Of a stretch of DNA of 37,074 nucleotides, positions 34,616-37,074 are shown in pieces. Positions within the stretch are counted from its first letter, which is position 1, and each line of letters begins with the position of its first letter. Source of the DNA: Gemmatimonadales bacterium (GTDB lineage: Bacteria; Gemmatimonadota; Gemmatimonadetes; Gemmatimonadales; GWC2-71-9); assembly GCA_038321865.1 (NCBI GenBank), contig JBBQFH010000031.1:1-37074 (forward strand), written 5' to 3'. The notes below the pieces were generated by a model. It saw nothing but the letters and a program-made list of their open reading frames with translations. It made no database searches and was not told where the DNA came from. The position numbers and the translations under genes are program-made.

Positions 34616-36298
34616 CTACTGCGCCGAAAACACGACCTTGCCGCCCACCACCGTCATCCGCACCTTCACCTGCTCGAGCGCTTCCGGGCGGATGGTCGTC
34701 AGGTCCTGGTCGAGCACCACCAGGTCGGCCTTCTGGCCGGCCCGAAGCACCCCGCGCTTGCCTTCGGCGAACGCGGCGTAGGCATCACCGGCGGTGTAGG
34801 CGCGGAGCGCCTCGTCCACGCTGATCTTCTCCTCGGGCAGCCAGCCCCCCGGATTCTTGTCGTCGAGCGTGCGCCGGGTGACCGCGGCGTAGATCCCCAG
34901 CAGCGGATCCATCGGCGCGAAGGTCCAGTCGGAACCGAAGGCGAGGTGCGCGCGATTGTCGAGCAGCGTCCGGAAGACGTACATATTCCGGATCCTCGCC
35001 GGCCCGACCCGCTTCTCGGCCCAGCGGCCGTCATCGATCGCGTGGTACGGCTGCATCGAGGCGACGATCCCGAGCCGCGCCAGGCGGATCACGTCGGCGG
35101 GGCGGAGGTGCTGGGCGTGCTCGATGCGGAACCGGCGGTCGCGCGCGCCGTGCGCCCTGGCCACGCTGTCGTAGATGTCGAGCACGAGCCCATTGGCCCG
35201 CTCGCCGATGGCGTGCACCGCCACCTGGAGCCCGGCCGAATCGGCGGCGCCGATCCAGCGGCGGAGTGAATCCTCCGGCGTGGTGAGCAGCCCCGACGTG
35301 CTCGGGTCATCGGCGTACGGCTCGTAGAAGAGGGCCGTGCCCGAGCCGAGCGAGCCGTCCACGAATCCCTTCACGCCGGCGATCCGGAGAAAATCGTCGC
35401 CCGGACCGTTGGCCCTGAGCGAGTCGGCGGCGCGCCGCCAGCTGCCCAGCGGCACGTAGGCCGAGACGCGGGTGTGGAGGGTGCCGCTCCGGTAGGCGCG
35501 CTTGAGGGCGGCCAGCTCGCTGGCACCGACCGACACCGCGGAAATGCCGGTGACGCCCTTGGACGCGGCCCACGCGGTGGCGCGCACCAGCGCCGAATCG
35601 TACTGGGCCGGCGAGGGATCAGGCATCACGCGGTACACCAGGTCCGCCGCGTCGTCCTTGAGCACGCCGGTCGGGTTGCCGGCGGAGTCGCGGACGATCG
35701 TGCCGCCCGCCATGTCCGGCGTGCTCCGGCTCACGTGCGCCAGCTTCAGCGCCAGACTGTTGGCCACCGCCATGTGGCCGTCGAGCCGGTTGACGAATAC
35801 GGGATTGTTGGGAGTGACCGAGTCGATCCAGTCGCGCCGCGGCAGCGGCGCGCCGGCCCAGCGCTCGTGGTCCCAGTCACCGCCGGTGATCCACTCACCG
35901 GGCTTGAGCTTCGCGGCATAGGCCTTGAGCCTCGCCGTGAACTCCTCCGGGGTGGCCGCGCTCCTGAGGTCGACGCTGGCGAGCTGGAAGCCACCGCTGA
36001 GAAAATGCGCATGGGCGTCGTTGAAGCCCGGCGCCACCATCGCGCGGCCGTTGGCGACGATTCGCGTGCGCGGCCCGGCGTAGGCGCCGACCGTCGCGCT
36101 GTCGCCCACCGCGAGAATCGTGTCGCCGGCGACCGCGACGGCGTCGGCCCACGGCCGCACCGAATCACCGGTCCACACGCGGCCGTACACGATGAGCGCG
36201 GCCACCGGCGCGGCGCTGCCGGTCGCGGCGGGCGAGCCGTTCGGCTGGCAGCCGGCCAGCAGGAGGGAGACGACGAGTGCGGCACGGGCGAGCGGCAT
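34616..36298 (-). CDS. Amidohydrolase 3 (YtcJ-like), lipoprotein
   Basis: LLAGC lipobox; PGFNDAHAH, DGH, KGFVDGSLG, HAIGE, RIEHAQH, FGSDW. Confidence 0.9.
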   Translation of the reverse strand: MPLARAALVVSLLLAGCQPNGSPAATGSAAPVAALIVYGRVWTGDSVRPWADAVAVAGDTILAVGDSATVGAYAGPRTRIVANGRAMVAPGFNDAHAHFLSGGFQLASVDLRSAATPEEFTARLKAYAAKLKPGEWITGGDWDHERWAGAPLPRRDWIDSVTPNNPVFVNRLDGHMAVANSLALKLAHVSRSTPDMAGGTIVRDSAGNPTGVLKDDAADLVYRVMPDPSPAQYDSALVRATAWAASKGVTGISAVSVGASELAALKRAYRSGTLHTRVSAYVPLGSWRRAADSLRANGPGDDFLRIAGVKGFVDGSLGSGTALFYEPYADDPSTSGLLTTPEDSLRRWIGAADSAGLQVAVHAIGERANGLVLDIYDSVARAHGARDRRFRIEHAQHLRPADVIRLARLGIVASMQPYHAIDDGRWAEKRVGPARIRNMYVFRTLLDNRAHLAFGSDWTFAPMDPLLGIYAAVTRRTLDDKNPGGWLPEEKISVDEALRAYTAGDAYAAFAEGKRGVLRAGQKADLVVLDQDLTTIRPEALEQVKVRMTVVGGKVVFSAQ

Positions 36299-36309
36299 CC
36301 GGAACCCTT

Positions 36310-36552
36310 TCAGCGGAGTTTGGTGAGGCGGCGCAGCGACTCGAGACGCTCGAGAGCGCTCCCGCCGGACGCGGCCGGCGCGACCGAGAAGAGGTCGCGA
36401 ATGTCGAGCAGGATCTCCAGCATCAGCTGGTCGCGCATGTAGGAATTCTCGAGATCAGCCATCCGACCGGCGGCGCTTTCGGTCTTTGCGCGGTCGTAGG
36501 TTTCGCGGTAGATGCTCTCGAGATTGGCGAGAATCCGGTCCCGGGGTCGCAT
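36310..36552 (-). CDS. Small hypothetical helical protein (80 aa)
   Basis: MRPRDRILANLESIYRE...DQLMLEILLDIRDL...LERLESLRRLTKLR; coding-like codon usage; 11 nt upstream of the amidohydrolase. Confidence 0.7.
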   Translation of the reverse strand: MRPRDRILANLESIYRETYDRAKTESAAGRMADLENSYMRDQLMLEILLDIRDLFSVAPAASGGSALERLESLRRLTKLR

Positions 36553-36670
36553 GGGCGCTCTGGGCTGACGGCTATGGGCTGAACGTGCGGGCACCGCTAA
36601 TGTACGTTCGTGGTGACGGCACCAACAGGCGCACGGTGCGCCGGACAACTCACCTCCACCGCTCCCGCCG

Positions 36671-36982
36671 ATGAACAACATGCAGACCCGTGTCGACGCC
36701 TGGATCAGCCAGTTCGAGGAAGGCTATTTCGATCCGCTCACCAACATGGCGCGCCTGGCGGAGGAAGTCGGCGAGCTGGCCCGCGAAGTGAACCACCGCT
36801 TCGGCCAGAAGACCAGGAAGCCCGGCGAACCGGATGCCGATCTTGCGATGGAGATGGCCGACGTGCTCTTCGTCCTGATCTGCATGGCCAATCGTGAAGG
36901 GATCGACCTGGACGACGCCTTCGACCGGATGATGCGGAAGGTGGAGGCCAGGGACGCGTCCCGCTGGACCCGCAAGGGTTAA
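36671..36982 (+). CDS. MazG-like nucleotide pyrophosphohydrolase (YpjD type)
   Basis: YF.PLTNMARLAEEVGELAREVNH..G.K..K, EMADVLFVL.C.AN, RD..RW. Confidence 0.9.
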   Translation: MNNMQTRVDAWISQFEEGYFDPLTNMARLAEEVGELAREVNHRFGQKTRKPGEPDADLAMEMADVLFVLICMANREGIDLDDAFDRMMRKVEARDASRWTRKG

Positions 36983-37004
36983 CGCACGCGCCGAGTCGGC
37001 CGCC

Positions 37005-37074
37005 CTACTCCCAGTGCGCCGGGGCGGTTTCCAGCTCCTCCAGCAGCGCCCGATAACTCTCGTAGCGGTCGGTC
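37005..37074 (-). CDS. 3' end of a gene entering the window, possibly ribosome small subunit-dependent GTPase A
   Basis: TDRYESYRALLEELETAPAHWE* resembles the RsgA C-terminal RY.SY..L..E helix. Only 22 residues are visible. Confidence 0.5.
   Translation of the reverse strand, partial: TDRYESYRALLEELETAPAHWE

Overview
High-GC bacterial chromosomal window, densely coding, with about 33 genes. Gene content and protein styles suggest Gemmatimonadota (inference). I saw no rRNA, tRNA, CRISPR array or mobile element. Most genes are housekeeping or envelope functions: ispH, a DEAH-type helicase, pabB/pabA, pfkA, lon, a fused 2-oxoacid dehydrogenase E1, S9/S41/M28 peptidases, an OmpA-TSP3 protein, a Ser/Thr kinase and a MazG-like protein. 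Best hidden signal, absent from the ORF track: a 76-aa Rdx (SelW/SelT/SelH-like) selenoprotein gene (18485-18715, - strand) with an in-frame UGA in a CxxU motif and a bacterial SECIS hairpin. Its stop lies 1 nt before a phosphofructokinase that can apparently only start at a non-canonical ACG, at the head of a tightly coupled pfkA-POP-PAP2 operon, so pfkA translation may depend on selenium (hypothesis). Other points: a pterin/pABA module (5-FCL, CExxHGH-type PTPS, PcbD, PabB, PabA), a complete sigma54 promoter (-24/-12, IHF-like site, two UAS) for a secreted R/D-repeat protein, a sigma54 site before lon, a PAS-Fis protein with no AAA+ domain, a probable CTG start, and a TrmB operator palindrome. 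All calls come from reading the sequence; no database searches were run.
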